DNA of 62,642 bases. It comes from Hydrolagus affinis. Lineage: Eukaryota. The stretch is from positions 62,001 to 124,642 of the forward strand of contig JAAILG010000213.1 of the NCBI GenBank assembly GCA_012026655.1. Direction: 5' to 3'. Each line of letters opens with the position of its first letter. The stretch's first letter is position 1. A program made the position numbers and the translations under genes. Shown here in pieces: positions 12,663-24,816 of this stretch. The notes beneath the pieces are model-generated. The model was not told where the DNA came from, did no database searches, and saw only the letters and a program-made list of their open reading frames with translations.

Positions 12663-12802
12663 GTCAGTAGAGGCATGTCTTACACCAGTACTGTGTAAAG
12701 CGGGACACTGTAAAGTCGTAACTTTACCTGTACAGCTATTCCCATTTTACTTTTACCGCATTCGTTGCTCTAATCTCTTTCCATTTTTGTCCCCAAACAA
12801 AG

Positions 12803-12873
12803 TCTTGAAACTGTTGAAAATGGCAGTGGGAATGCGATCACTGCTGAACACTGTAATTCAGGCTTTGCCACAG
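12803..12873 (+). CDS. CACNA1G: Cav3.1 exon (about e30; IVS4-S5 linker)
   Basis: 71 bp; aag acceptor; VLKLLKMAVGMRSLLNTVIQALPQ|gtaaga. Confidence 0.93.
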
Positions 12874-13301
12874 GTAAGAAACCTTCAGTTGGAGTCAAGC
12901 AAGTGTTTTGCGAGCCCCATGTATAACGCACAATGTATTATAATTTTAGCATCACAGCACAAAGCCTCTTCGCACGCTCCAAACAAAAAAATGACCTCCC
13001 AGTGATTCTGGTTTACATTCTCTGCTCATCCAAATTCACTTCAGCACTTCTACTGCTCACCTAGTGGGTAGTCTACAGGACATCGCCGACACAAATTACC
13101 TGCCCCGCTTGCCTCTGTGACAACATTCGCTTCAGTTAATCGCATTCTGTAAAGGGCTTTTTAAAGGGGGGGTGGGGTGGGGGGGGGAATTTCTGTTGCG
13201 TGAACGGCGCTGTAGACGTGCGAGTTGCTGGCAGGAGACGGGATGGTTGGGAGTAGCGTCCCGGTAACTGTGTTGCTCACACACGTCCATCCTTCCCGCA
13301 G

Positions 13302-13380
13302 GTTGGGAATCTCGGCCTCTTGTTCATGCTCCTGTTTTTCATATTTGCGGCTCTCGGGGTGGAGCTGTTTGGGGACCTGG
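13302..13380 (+). CDS. CACNA1G: Cav3.1 exon (about e31; IVS5)
   Basis: 79 bp; [26 protein letters not shown]. Confidence 0.95.
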
Positions 13381-13869
13381 GTAAGCCACGGACATGAAGT
13401 TCACATTTCACAAACCGCGCTTGGCGCCCGTTGAGATCTTTTGCTCTTCATTTTACCGAAGCTGCTGTCAGTTTATGAACTCCAGATTGCGGCAGGCCTC
13501 TGTGGCATCTAGCAACCACACAAAAGGAGAGAGGGTTGTCAAGTTCTGGGGCACTGGTTGATCGATCCTGACCGGGAACAGTTATACAGTCGGATAGTAC
13601 TTGTTTAGTTCAGATTTCACACTCCCAGGCAGAATTCACGCTTCTCGTCCTCCTGGGAATACATCCTGAATCACCCTCCCTTTCCCTTCGAAAACATCAC
13701 ACATTTTAATGAGGGTCAGCAAAGGTTTATTACCTGTCAGGCCAGAGGCGAGAAGCTCCTAATCACACAATGTAATGGCCATTTTCATCAGTGGGTTTGG
13801 TTTGGGTATTGACACTTGGCGATGGGTTTCAGGGGCTGACCACTGAAACATATTCTGAAGTCACTATCC

Positions 13870-14151
13870 ATTCAATTCCCGGCTGGTCAGGGTGAAACCT
13901 TGGGCAAGTTTCATTACTTCACACGCCCGATAATAATCCCTGAAAAAAAACAATAATAAATTGGTCATTTTCAATCCACGACTGTTTGTAGGGGACGCTG
14001 CTGTGCGCAATTGGCTGCCACGTTTCGCCTACAAATATACAGTCTATTCACTTTACAGTATATTCTGTGAGGCGCTTTGAGACGTCTAGAAGACGTGAAA
14101 AGCGCGATATCAAATGCAAGGATTATTATTATTACGATTATTATTATTATT
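13870..14151 (+). mobile_element. SINE, 5'-truncated, ending about 30 nt before an exon acceptor
   Basis: ttcaattccc...gaaaccttgggcaagtt...tgtttgtagggggacgctgctgtgcgcaattggctgcc...tgcaaggattattattatt. Confidence 0.85.
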
Positions 14152-14180
14152 CACCTTAATATTTTGCCTCAAATATTCAG

Positions 14181-14302
14181 AATGCAACACTTACCATCCC
14201 TGCGAAGGGCTGGGGAGACATGCCACCTTCAGGAACTTTGGGATGGCTTTCCTCACCCTCTTCCGGGTTTCAACAGGAGATAACTGGAACGGAATAATGA
14301 AG
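14181..14302 (+). CDS. CACNA1G: Cav3.1 exon (about e32; domain IV pore)
   Basis: 122 bp; [41 protein letters not shown]; TGDNW carries the last D of EEDD. Confidence 0.96.
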
Positions 14303-14829
14303 GTAATGAACTTGTTCCCCCCCCACCACCCCCTCCTCCCCACTGTTGGCAATGGTCCCAAACATTGGTGTCAGCCTGACTCAGGTGTTAGCATCTCTCA
14401 CCTCCCAAGTCAGAGAGTATACAGTAGGAGGCTCAAATCTCACCTTGCATCGAATGATACGTCACGGAAACAAACTCATCAGCATAACTCAGCCTGCGCT
14501 GGTGTTTACACTCCGCAGCAACCCCCAACCCTCTCACCATGTCTCTGTTCCCTCTCCCCTCATGTACGCCTCAAGCTTTTGCTTCTGCACGTTGCCTGGC
14601 ACAGACAACGTATAGAAGCAACGTTGTCGCTACGAAGAGACCGAAGCCGGTGGTTCGTGCTTCTGTCGCTGTGCAAACTGAGATCGGGAAACTCCAGCAC
14701 TGACCCTGGGTCTGAAATGGGACGCTACCGGGGTCTGTGTGTGAGAGAACCCAGTTTCTCACTCGGCGGCGAACAGTGCCTACTTGGACAGTGCTCGGGT
14801 TGAATGGCTTCCTTTTGTCTGATCGACAG

Positions 14830-15171
14830 GACACCCTGCGTGACTGTAACCAGGAAGGCACCTGCTACAACACAGTGGTGTCGCCAATCTACTTTGTCTC
14901 GTTTGTGCTGACAGCCCAGTTTGTGCTGGTGAACGTGGTGATCGCTGTGCTGATGAAGCACTTGGAGGAGAGCAACAAGGAGGCCAAAGAGGAGGCCGAG
15001 CTGGAGGCCGAGCTGGAGCTGGAGTTGAAAATGTTGAACGCCAACCCAGCCCCCGTGGAGGGTGTGGTGTGGGGAGGCAGCGACGGGGGAGATGTGGGGG
15101 AAAGCCCGGGGAGTCCAGACCAGTCACTCCATATCAAAGTGGATTCACCGTTTTTGTTTGAGCCACCGCTG
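14830..15171 (+). CDS. CACNA1G: Cav3.1 exon (about e33; IVS6 and proximal C-terminus)
   Basis: 342 bp; [65 protein letters not shown]...FEPPL|gtaagg. Confidence 0.93.
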
Positions 15172-15974
15172 GTAAGGAACCGACCCTCGGGCTGATTCTC
15201 TTGGAGCCTTTGAGGGTTTTATTGAAATATGCAGACGATTATGTTGTTTAACGATTGCCAGATCATGAGCAGGGCACAAATAAACAGTCGCAGAGAACGG
15301 ATCAACTCTTAATCTGAGACTCCTTTCAATTTATTCTGTGATTTATTAGAGGAATCTTTAACAAGACATGAATCGTACATTCTGTTAAGAATGGGATACA
15401 ACCGACTGCATAGTTGTGGGTGTCTTGGACTATTCATTGAGCAGAGCAAGCTTTTACTATGGTATCTATGAAGAGAAATCCCGTTATAAAGACAGAGTGA
15501 AAACGTGGCAACTTTTAGTGATCAGTGTACTTAACTCCTCAATATGTGGAGATTAGTTTGTATGACACATATTCTATAAATTGGGTTGTTCTCTTGGTGT
15601 GAAAGGCGCTAGGCAAATGTAATTTTGTTGTTGAATAGATCCTTTATATAATAAGCCACGTGATAACTAGAAATGGAACGCATTATTTGACCCCCAGAGT
15701 TTTGCTGGAACAATATATTATGTAAGAGCTTGATACATTAATGATGTCAAACTACTTAGCATTTTCCCAGAGGAAGAGAATACTTGGAAAAGATAGGAAT
15801 TAAATAAAGATGGACCTTAGCAAAAGGGTACACTCGTATAATCGTACTATAAACAATGGAACTTGTCACAAAGGTGTCCCTATTGTAAAAGCTTTCTCTT
15901 TTAAATCACTTTGAATTTGTTTCACTGCTGATTAATAGGATGATTAATATTGATATTATTAATACAAGACCAAG

Positions 15975-16385
15975 GCCGTCCTGATTGGCTCGCGCCAGGA
16001 CCTTCACACATCAGGCGTTGGCAGCATCAACCTCCACGGTTTGCGCGCACAACCTCACCAAGCCAGACATGGACCGAGGCCTCTTGTTCGATCCTCGATT
16101 GTCTTTCCTCCACCACATCCACGTCCAAGCCATGACCCGCTCTGCCTTCCCTCACCTCCGCAATATTGCCTGACTCCGCCACTACTTCACCCCTCAGGCC
16201 GCTGAAACCCTCCTTCACGCCTTCATCACATCCAGGCTCGACTACGCCAATGTTGGCCTTCCAAATCCCTCGCTCCATAGGCTGCAGATAATCCAGAACT
16301 CCGTAACGTGTCCTCTACCGCTCCAACCTTCGTGACCCCATCTCCCCCCAATCCTCGGCCGACTCCATTGGCCTTGTGATGCCTC
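15975..16385 (+). mobile_element. L2 LINE ORF2 fragment (inactive)
   Basis: LFDPRLSFLHHI..SAFPHLRNIA*LRHYFTPQAAETLLHAFITSRLDYAN, with an in-frame stop. Confidence 0.8.
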
Positions 16386-16615
16386 TTAACGCAGACAGTA
16401 ATTAATAATAGCAATGATGAAGTGCATATGAAGCAGATTTGTACTTGTTGTGATGTGATCCACCCTGAGCAATGTGTGTTCACTGTTTTTGAGTGTGGAT
16501 TCTGTTTATCGGTGTGTTCTTTTTTTTTCCCTTTTGTCTCCCACCCAAACCTTGGACCGTTGATGTTCCCAACTCCACACCCTCCTCCTTTCCCCCCTGC
16601 ACACCCTACGCACAG

Positions 16616-16756
16616 GAAAAGCAGTTTTTTGACAACGTGTCCCTGCTGATCCAAGGGTCACTGGAAGGAGAACTCACCATTATGGACAACCTCTCAGGCT
16701 CTGTTTGCTACAACTACGCCAGCCCTCAGCAAAACAAATGCTCCATTGAGAAACAG
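16616..16756 (+). CDS. CACNA1G: Cav3.1 cassette exon 34 homolog
   Basis: 141 bp, phase 0-0; [26 protein letters not shown]... resembles human [26 protein letters not shown]. Confidence 0.88.
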
Positions 16757-17630
16757 GTTAATAATTCTGGCTTCTCTGGCAAAGTCCTGTGTTCAGACCC
16801 AGAAGTCAAAAGGAACTCAAAAGACCAAGATCTATCGAGGGGACAGTTTTGGTGTCAGCGAGATAGTGTTGAGAATAAAAGCCAGTGATATTTCCCACAG
16901 TGAGGAATGGAATCAAATCATTATTATTATTATGATAGTCACAAGCGAGAGAACCTGTGTTTGATTCCCAGGCAGGATGAAACTTTAGGCAAGTTTCCTA
17001 ACTCCAGAATTTAGTAGGAGCCCGACTGTTAGTCGAATGGAGGATCGCTTTTCTGATGTAATAATCTCTTGAAGATAAATGTCCCAAGACGACTAATTTA
17101 TTACTATTCTCGGAGCTGATTCTCAGTGCAATTCAGTGGCACGTTTTGTCTTTTGGTTTCAAAGTTACGTGGTCAAACTTCCAGCTCACACCGGGCGTAG
17201 TTTTATTGGGTAAACGTGGCTGCAGGGTTTTTCAATAACCCCACCCACCCGTGGCTTCAGTGTAGAGTGAAACATTCACAGTTAGTTTAAAACCTCGTAC
17301 CCTGAGAAATTTCCCTTGCCTGTGCCGGGCGTGTGTTACAGTCCCTCATTTGATACCGCACCGATAACATCAAAACGTGGCAATAATTCACTGTAAACCC
17401 AACTTTCCAATCCCTAGGACTATCGCAAGACAGGACTGACCCTGGCCGCTGAGGCTTGGTCTGCCAGTTAGCCTGAGGTTTCTGGGCTGGAAACGGGACA
17501 CTTTGCCTTGCATGGTGTGTGATTGCATTTCTCCATCTAGATCCTCTTGCTGGAACTTTAGCGGCTTTCAGAATTGTACTCGTTGAATGCAACGGTTGCA
17601 ATATTTTGGTTTCATTCCACGTGGTGTCTG

Positions 17631-17799
17631 NNNNNNNNNNNNNNNNNNNNNNNNNNNNNNNNNNNNNNNNNNNNNNNNNNNNNNNNNNNNNNNNNNNNNN
17701 NNNNNNNNNNNNNNNNNNNNNNNNNNNNNNNNNNNNNNNNNNNNNNNNNNNNNNNNNNNNNNNNNNNNNNNNNNNNNNNNNNNNNNNNNNNNNNNNNNN
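17631..17799. other. Assembly gap (169 N)
   Basis: Run of N. Confidence 1.
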
Positions 17800-19826
17800 T
17801 TCCCTCTCTCTATTTCCTCCAATTTATTGTTCCTCTCTGGTGGAGCTCCACTACTTTTGTGATTTAAAGAAAATGCTTAATTTGTTACACTGGACAAACC
17901 CACCAATTGAGAAAGCTGATAGATCTTCAGTTGTTAATTTCTCCCTCAGTCTAACCTGTTTTACCCCCAAAAGTTTCCCTTCCTTGTCTCAGAGGACATT
18001 GCCATAAAGCATACCATCCTGAAAACTAAATGATAATTGTCCAGTACCAGCGTATGACAAGACAATGGGAACACAATACTAAACACATTACCTAATCCAC
18101 AATATATTCGCAATTGGACAGGGTGAAGGGGGTGTACAGTAATGTTACTAGGTCTCTGGAACAGCCCTGTAATAATAATACTTCAGCTTTGAGCTGCTGG
18201 TTACAGTGACATCGATCAGGATAAGAGGACTGTTGCTTTTATTCATATAAGACACTATTAAGTCTGTTTTGTTAGCTGATTTCCAATCCTCCTCTGCTGC
18301 AGATTCCCAAATCGTTGTGGTTCTAATTCCATCAGAAGGTCAGTACCTCAGAGTGACGCCATCAAACTGCTTTCCACTTAATGAAGTGCGGACCTTAGCA
18401 CTTTCCACCGCTCATTTGTGGGCCATCCGCTTGCAATGGGATTGATTGCTTCGGCAGGGCTGCTTTTCTCGGCGTCGGAGCAGACAGTTTTAATGCGTCA
18501 AAGGCAGAATTCTAATCATGCCATTATATCTCTGCACTCGCAACGCATAACCCTGACTTTTAGAATCTGTTTGGAAATAATGCCGTGAAGGTGGAGTAGG
18601 AATTCTTAGCCTAGCCGGCTATTAGAAGCTTCATAAAGTGACACAATCACCAACCCCTTCACCAAAATTGCCACATGCAGAAGATGTCTTGATTGGCAAG
18701 CTTATTAGCCGGACTTGTTATCGAGGAGCCCTAATGATTACACAAAGGCTGTCGTGCAGCACACACCCAAGACTGATTTGGTTTTCGTGTGAAAGAAAGC
18801 CGTTGGAAGGGTGAGATCAAATGGGCCAAAGGCGTTTGTCCATCCAAAGGTGTTATATCAATGCAAATTTTAGTTACATTTTCGTTTGGAAGCCGGTTTC
18901 TGGCTTTGCAAATTAAAACTGGATTTGAAACATTTCCAAAGTTCTGCACCCTCTTGATCTTAAGGCGGGGAAATGGAGCCTCAGGTGAGTGGTAACCTTG
19001 CACAGGAACTTTAAAGTTAATGGGAAAACTTTAGTTTAATTTGATCGATGAAGCTGGCTATACCTGACAAATAGACTCAATTACTTTCCATATATTTATA
19101 AATATCTCTATATATATGTACAGTGCATATGCATATGTATGCGTATGTAATATCTAGCGATGTTCCACTGACCATTTTTCTTGTCTCTCTTCATTCTACT
19201 GACTTGCCTTTCTTTTTGCATGCCGGATTGAAAATGGTGTGGTGTAGTTTGCTAGCAGCACGTTTGGTAAGGAGCACCATCTTAAGCCTAATTTTGTCTT
19301 TAAGTGTTCTGATGTGTAAGTGAGGCGTACGCTGTACGTGCATCGTGATCCAGCGACTACTGCACAACAGAATCCTTCGGCGGCCAATCATTACCCAGAG
19401 GGTAGAGAGAGAAAGATGGAAGGAGGGAGTGAAAGCAAGTTAGAGACAGCGAAGAGGGGGAAAGAGAGAAGGGGGCAAGGAACGAAGCAGTCAAATTATT
19501 ATTGTTCACTCTACTGGGATTTAGAATGACAGAATGATGGTGTTCATTAGAAATTGGAAGATTTAGGAAATCTTAGACAGTCAACTTCTATCTCCTCCAG
19601 CTTTCAAGGAACCTCTTTATCAGTAAGTCATTGGAATGGCTTAAAATGCAACATTTCATTGTGACTTTGATATATAGATGATTCTTTACCTGTTTAAAGG
19701 GTTAGTGGATGTGCCATTGAGTGAATGTGCTACACAGCTCTGAGAAGAGCTTTTCTTCACAGTGTCAGTCCATTCTGTGAATTCTTTCCTAAGTTTCTTA
19801 TGCCTGGTCGTCTCTCCCTTGTTTAG

Positions 19827-19961
19827 ATCCCTCTAGCTGAGATGGAGGCTGTTTCTCTGACATCTGATATTCAGTCTGAGAAATCCTGGTCGTTAGCATT
19901 GACGGATGACTCTTTTCCCGATGATACTAATGTATTCTTGCTAAATACACTGGAAAGCAAT
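19827..19961 (+). CDS. CACNA1G: Cav3.1 cassette exon 35 homolog
   Basis: 135 bp, phase 0-0; [45 protein letters not shown]; weak donor AAT|gtacat. Confidence 0.88.
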
Positions 19962-20442
19962 GTACATATTCCAAACCTGTATTTTGCTTATCACGGGGCT
20001 CGAAATACTCTACTGTGTGTTTTATGTAAAACGTAACATGCACTTGTCGTCTATGTAGAAGTTCAAGCTATGTGTTCCCTCCACGGCCAAAAATACCATG
20101 ACCACTGCCCACCAAAACCCTGACTGACCACTCCAGTTTGAAATGTTTGAGTTGATAGTCATTGAGGGCGTATAATTGTGGAAAAATCTTGAATCTGATT
20201 GCATCTAAAACCTAATCGAATTCTCAATTTGGAAAATGGTTTCGTTTTCGGGAAATTTTGCGGGAAAAAAAATGACTTTGATTTTGAGGCTGAATTTAGG
20301 AGGTTTTTGCACAATTTTGCCCCACCTTAAAGTTTAAGGCAAAATGGTTTCACCGGGGAAGACGAGGTGAAAGTTCAGGCTCAGTATTGTTCATGAAAGA
20401 GAAGGTTCTTTTCTCTTCTTCGTGAGCAATTTTAGATGCAAG

Positions 20443-20560
20443 TAATAATAATAATAACCCTTGCATTTGATATAGCAGCTTTTCACGTCTTCTAGACGTC
20501 TCAAAGCGCTTCCCAGAATATACTGTAAAGTGAATTGACTGTATATTTGTGGGCGAGACA
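20443..20560 (-). mobile_element. SINE 3' fragment
   Basis: Close reverse complement of 14022-14135. Confidence 0.85.
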
Positions 20561-22410
20561 CAGTAATACTATTTATAGTCATTGTACTCTACAATTAATG
20601 GTATCCATGGAAGAGACTAAAATCAAGAAAAGCTAAATTATAACGGAGTGTATGGATTTTCCTTGTTGGGGTGTGATTGACAGCTGATATCTCTGGTACA
20701 TTTTCCAGTGAAAGCACCGAAAAGCCATGGGGAAATCATCTATGGCTATAAAATTCCATCCATATAGCATTGAGCTGGTAATGAATTGAATTCTGAGAGG
20801 ACAAAGAGTATTTCTAGCCCTGATTTTTATATAACCATCTGCTCCTCTTTGGCGTCCAGCATTCAACGTTTCCAAACTGTTGTGTAGACTAGTGCTTTTG
20901 TTTTGTGGCCCAACAGATCCTTGGTTGCAACCAATCTCTATCTGGATCCATTCTATCTGTTAGGTGTAGCTGTGCTTCTTGTGGTCGTCGTTCCATTGTT
21001 GGTTGACCATGACCTTCTGTGGTAGAGTTGTGTAGAGATGCTGTTGTGCTTCGATGTATTCTGGTGACCAAGACAATGATTGCTATTCCCAACCATGCTT
21101 CATGCACTAGTGGAAGACATTGATGGCACATCTCGATGCTTTAGGTCTCGTGAATGAAGAAGATGTGTTAACAGGAGCAATGGTTCTCCAGCGCAAGCGA
21201 GATTCTTTTGTTTGTTAGTCTAATGAAACTGATATCTAGTGAGTATGTGCAGAGAATCCTATTTAGTCTTAATTATAATTTTTGCCCCCGGTCTCCCAGT
21301 TCACCTGTAACTTCTCTCTCTGTTAATTGAATACTATTCTATAACAAAAATCAGAGTCAGTTCTTTTCAACAGAAAAGATGGGGATTTCAATTCAATCTC
21401 AATTTGGAGACTGGTTTATTTTTGAGAATACCGGAAGAGTGGCTTCCAAATTAAGACTGAAAGAAGGAAATGTTTTCAGACTTCTGTGTTAACATAATTT
21501 TTAAAACAAAGTGGGTGATAAAGGCAAACGCACTGGGCCACAAGCACTGCACTTGGGGGCAAGTGGGTTGAAATTCTAGTAGATGGTAGACTCTTAGGAG
21601 ATTATAACGTGGAAATCCCATTAACAGCTGAAACTGCCAATGGTGAGACACGTAATGTCCACTGTATTTTCAGCTCAAAGAGGAGTTGTTCTCCTTGAAA
21701 CGTTTGAGTTTTTCATTAATTTTGATCATTTCCAGCCTCCCTGATAATACTCAATTATATTCAACATCCAACAACTGCGCTTTTCTTGTCGGTTGCAATA
21801 CCTAAGCTCTTCCCATTGTCCTTGCCTTTCAACAACAACAACAAAAGAATTACATTAATAGAGCGCCTTTTCTTGGGGAGGATGTCCCAACTAGTCAAAT
21901 GCCTAGTTATTTCAAAGTGGTTGCATTTTAATGAGAGAAAGGAGTCACTCTTATAAGAAGTCACATGCGTCCCTCAGGAAGGTGGATGCCCAACTAGATG
22001 TTCTTATGTAAGAAGTTGACTTGTTGCATGAAGCAATTGATTGATGGAATTGGCATTGTCATGGTTCATGTGTTTCACACTGAGTCCTCCCACCAACCTG
22101 CAACCCCCCCATCCCCCCCCCACCCCCTCTCCCCCCGCTCCACCCACCACCCTCGGTCTTACAACCAGTTCTGTGTGACACACTCTGTTTCATTAGCCGC
22201 AGTGAGACTATAATGTGATCCATTGGCTTAGAATGTGTGCAGAAAAATATATCCTGCTCAGATTCCTCAGTCCCTTTTACTGTTTTGTTTGTGTTGGTGC
22301 TACTGTAGCAGTGACCTGCCGCATGCTTGTCTTTTACATATCGGCAACAAAGCTTCCTTCGGCTCGCTGGTCTCGTCCCACTGACCCTCACTTTGTTTCG
22401 TGTCTTGCAG

Positions 22411-22594
22411 ACTGAGTACGTTCAGGAGAGCGAAGTTCAACGGGAAGCTCCGGAGAAGAACCTCCTGTCAGTGAGGAGACCTTTTGTTGGCAGGACCCAT
22501 TCGTTGCCCAATGACAGCTACATGTTCCAGCCTGTTGACCCAGCTCCCTCACCAGGTCTACAAGAGTTTCACAACAGCCACAGATACCAGTCAG
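22411..22594 (+). CDS. CACNA1G: Cav3.1 exon (about e36)
   Basis: 184 bp, phase 0-1; NLLSVRRPFVGRTHSLPNDSYMF. Confidence 0.9.
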
Positions 22595-23050
22595 GTATGT
22601 CCCTGACAAAGTTCTCTGGGACTCTACTTTGCGTGCGGGACGCTATGCAACTACGAGTTGTTGTTGTTGTTCTCTTCTCTTCGGGCAGAAAGGTTAATGG
22701 TGGATGTCAGTCTGTCCCAATTGGTAGCATTCTCATGTACATGTCACAAGATCACTAGTGTTCCACACCCACTTCTGAACCCCAAAACCCTCGCCCAAGG
22801 ACACTCGGACACTGAGTGAGGAGAGGATGTCCCAAAGATGAATGGCATTGGGGGTATTAGAGTGGGCATTTGAGATGATATTTGAAAAGGAAACCAGACA
22901 GACTTTGATGGTGATTTCCGGTCCTGTATGAACTGTACCCGGATGCAGGAGACAGATGAGAGGCTTTGCATCTCATGCGCGAAGATGGGAACTGTCCTCC
23001 TTGCCCTGAACTGTACTGACTGTTTGCTGTGAATTGTCTCCACTCCACAG

Positions 23051-23220
23051 GTTCCACCACATCGGTGCAGTCACAGCCAACAGACAGTGCTTCCAACCTC
23101 CAGGCTCCTGTACAGCTATTCCGTCCAGTCAGCCCTCAGAGCAGTCTTGATGCCGAAAACATTCCCAAAATTCCTCCCCCTGTGAGGTCTGCAAGTGTTC
23201 ACAGGATGCTCCGGAGGCAG
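23051..23220 (+). CDS. CACNA1G: Cav3.1 exon (about e37)
   Basis: 170 bp, phase 1-0; GSTTSVQSQPTD...IPKIPPPVRSASVHRMLRRQ|gtgggt. Confidence 0.88.
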
Positions 23221-23629
23221 GTGGGTGTCAGGAACAGCCTCTCCCACGCCCAGGAGAGGGCTGGGATTTGCCAGATCTCTTGAAGAGCCATTTTTTGTCA
23301 AATTAATTTATTCTCGGCTTCCATTTATACCCCATAGTCCAGAGTCGTTTATTAAGATAATGCTTTGCACAGTTTTTTTTACAGTATGGTACAGTATTGT
23401 ACTTTATTTTACTGTATCGCACAATGTATCGTATTGAGTTCTATTGCACCTCAAACTCCAACAGCCCCAAATTGGTTCAGATGAAGAAAGCTCTTTGGCC
23501 CATTTGATTTCATCCTTCCAGAACATCTATCCTACCATCTTTGATGGTGACGCGCTGTCCTGCATGAGGGACATCGTCCCGACGCTATACAAATGTAATA
23601 TTGTATTAACCCTCTGTGGTGTTAATACT

Positions 23630-23885
23630 CTACCCCCAACCTCTGGAACTCCATCCCGCAGTTCCTCTACCTCGCCCCCCCACCCCCTCCCTGGCCTCCT
23701 TCACGTCCCGCCTCAAGACCCTCCTCTTCGACAGCCCCATTGGCCACTCCAAATCCCTCCCTTTCCCTCCACCCTCCCCGTCCCCAGCTCGGGTCTGAAG
23801 CAATGACTGTCCAGCGCCTTGTGACGTCCTCCTGACGTGAGAGGCGCTGTTCAAGTGTAATTTTGTTATGATGTTGATGTTGTTG
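23630..23885 (+). mobile_element. L2 LINE 3' end
   Basis: ccccaacctctggaactcc...ctcaagaccctcctcttcgac...gacgtgagaggcgctgttcaagtgtaattttgtt tail. Confidence 0.7.
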
Positions 23886-23961
23886 TAATTCAGGTCCACG
23901 CTAACCTGTTTGGCCTGTTTTGTTCCTCTTACTCTCCCCGACCTTTAAACACCCAACTCAG

Positions 23962-24816
23962 GTGGCTGTGACCAATGAACCTCTGGAACCACTGTGTGTG
24001 GAGCCTAAGGAAAGCATGCACGTGAAGCCTGGTGAGCAGCCTCCGCCTTCCAACGTGTCTGTACCTCCCGTGACTGTTTTGCAACCCTCTGTGGTGTTGG
24101 TTCCTGCTACACCCAAAGCACCGAACAAACACAGCATCCACATCCAGCAGCACAGCCACAACCAATGCAACATCACTAACTCCGCGTCAGCCTCCCCGCA
24201 TCTCTCCAGGAACCCTTTCCAGGAGGTCCCCGACCCGGCCGACCAGGAAGTCTCTCAGATCAATAGCGGCAACAAGAGACCCTCTAGGTCGCCTCTGTCC
24301 CCTCCGCTGCCCATGAAAAGCTGCAGCAGCACAGGGAACCTCACAATGAAGGACATCAAGAGGTTCTACAGTGTGGACACCCAGGGATTTTTGGCCAAGC
24401 CGGTGTCGTGGTCAGATGACCCTCGGAGACATTCGATCGAAATCTGCTCATCTGTTGACGTCAGCCCGCCACGTCATTTTCCTTCCTCGTCTTGTGGCCT
24501 GATCACCCAGGGAGTGACAGAACTGGAAGGCTTACAAACGTCTCGCCAGAAGCAGAAAATGAGCCCACCTTGCATTTCTATAGACCCCCCAGATGAGCAC
24601 CTCAGAACAATACAAGGGTCGCACGGGCAAACTAACGCCGACGGCAGCATGTGTCTGAGAAGGCGGGCTCCGTCCTGTGACTCAGTCCCCCACAAAGACT
24701 CTGGGGAGCTTGTGGACCCACTGCTTCCTGAGGTCACCCCTGCCTCCCCTTCCCCAATCAGAGATTTACTGACTCTTCCCAGTTTTTCCTTGGATCAGCC
24801 TGAGGTGGACCACTGA
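23962..24816 (+). CDS. CACNA1G: Cav3.1 terminal coding exon (about e38)
   Basis: KDIKRFYSVD, RRHSIEI, KMSPPCISIDPP and CLRRRAPS match Cav3.1 C-terminal motifs; TGA ends at 24816. Confidence 0.88.
   Translation: MAVTNEPLEPLCVEPKESMHVKPGEQPPPSNVSVPPVTVLQPSVVLVPATPKAPNKHSIHIQQHSHNQCNITNSASASPHLSRNPFQEVPDPADQEVSQINSGNKRPSRSPLSPPLPMKSCSSTGNLTMKDIKRFYSVDTQGFLAKPVSWSDDPRRHSIEICSSVDVSPPRHFPSSSCGLITQGVTELEGLQTSRQKQKMSPPCISIDPPDEHLRTIQGSHGQTNADGSMCLRRRAPSCDSVPHKDSGELVDPLLPEVTPASPSPIRDLLTLPSFSLDQPEVDH

Noticed and set aside
18965-18990. Strong donor cag|gtgagt between exons 34 and 35
   Set aside because: No upstream acceptor gives a stop-free phase 0-0 exon.
19253-19320. miR-15/16-like sequence tagcagcacgt
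   Set aside because: Only an 11-nt match, with no complementary 3' arm to form a pre-miRNA hairpin.
2866-24816. Assignment to CACNA1H or CACNA1I
   Set aside because: [16 protein letters not shown], the SKEKQ donor pair, exon 34/35 peptides and [16 protein letters not shown] fit Cav3.1 best.
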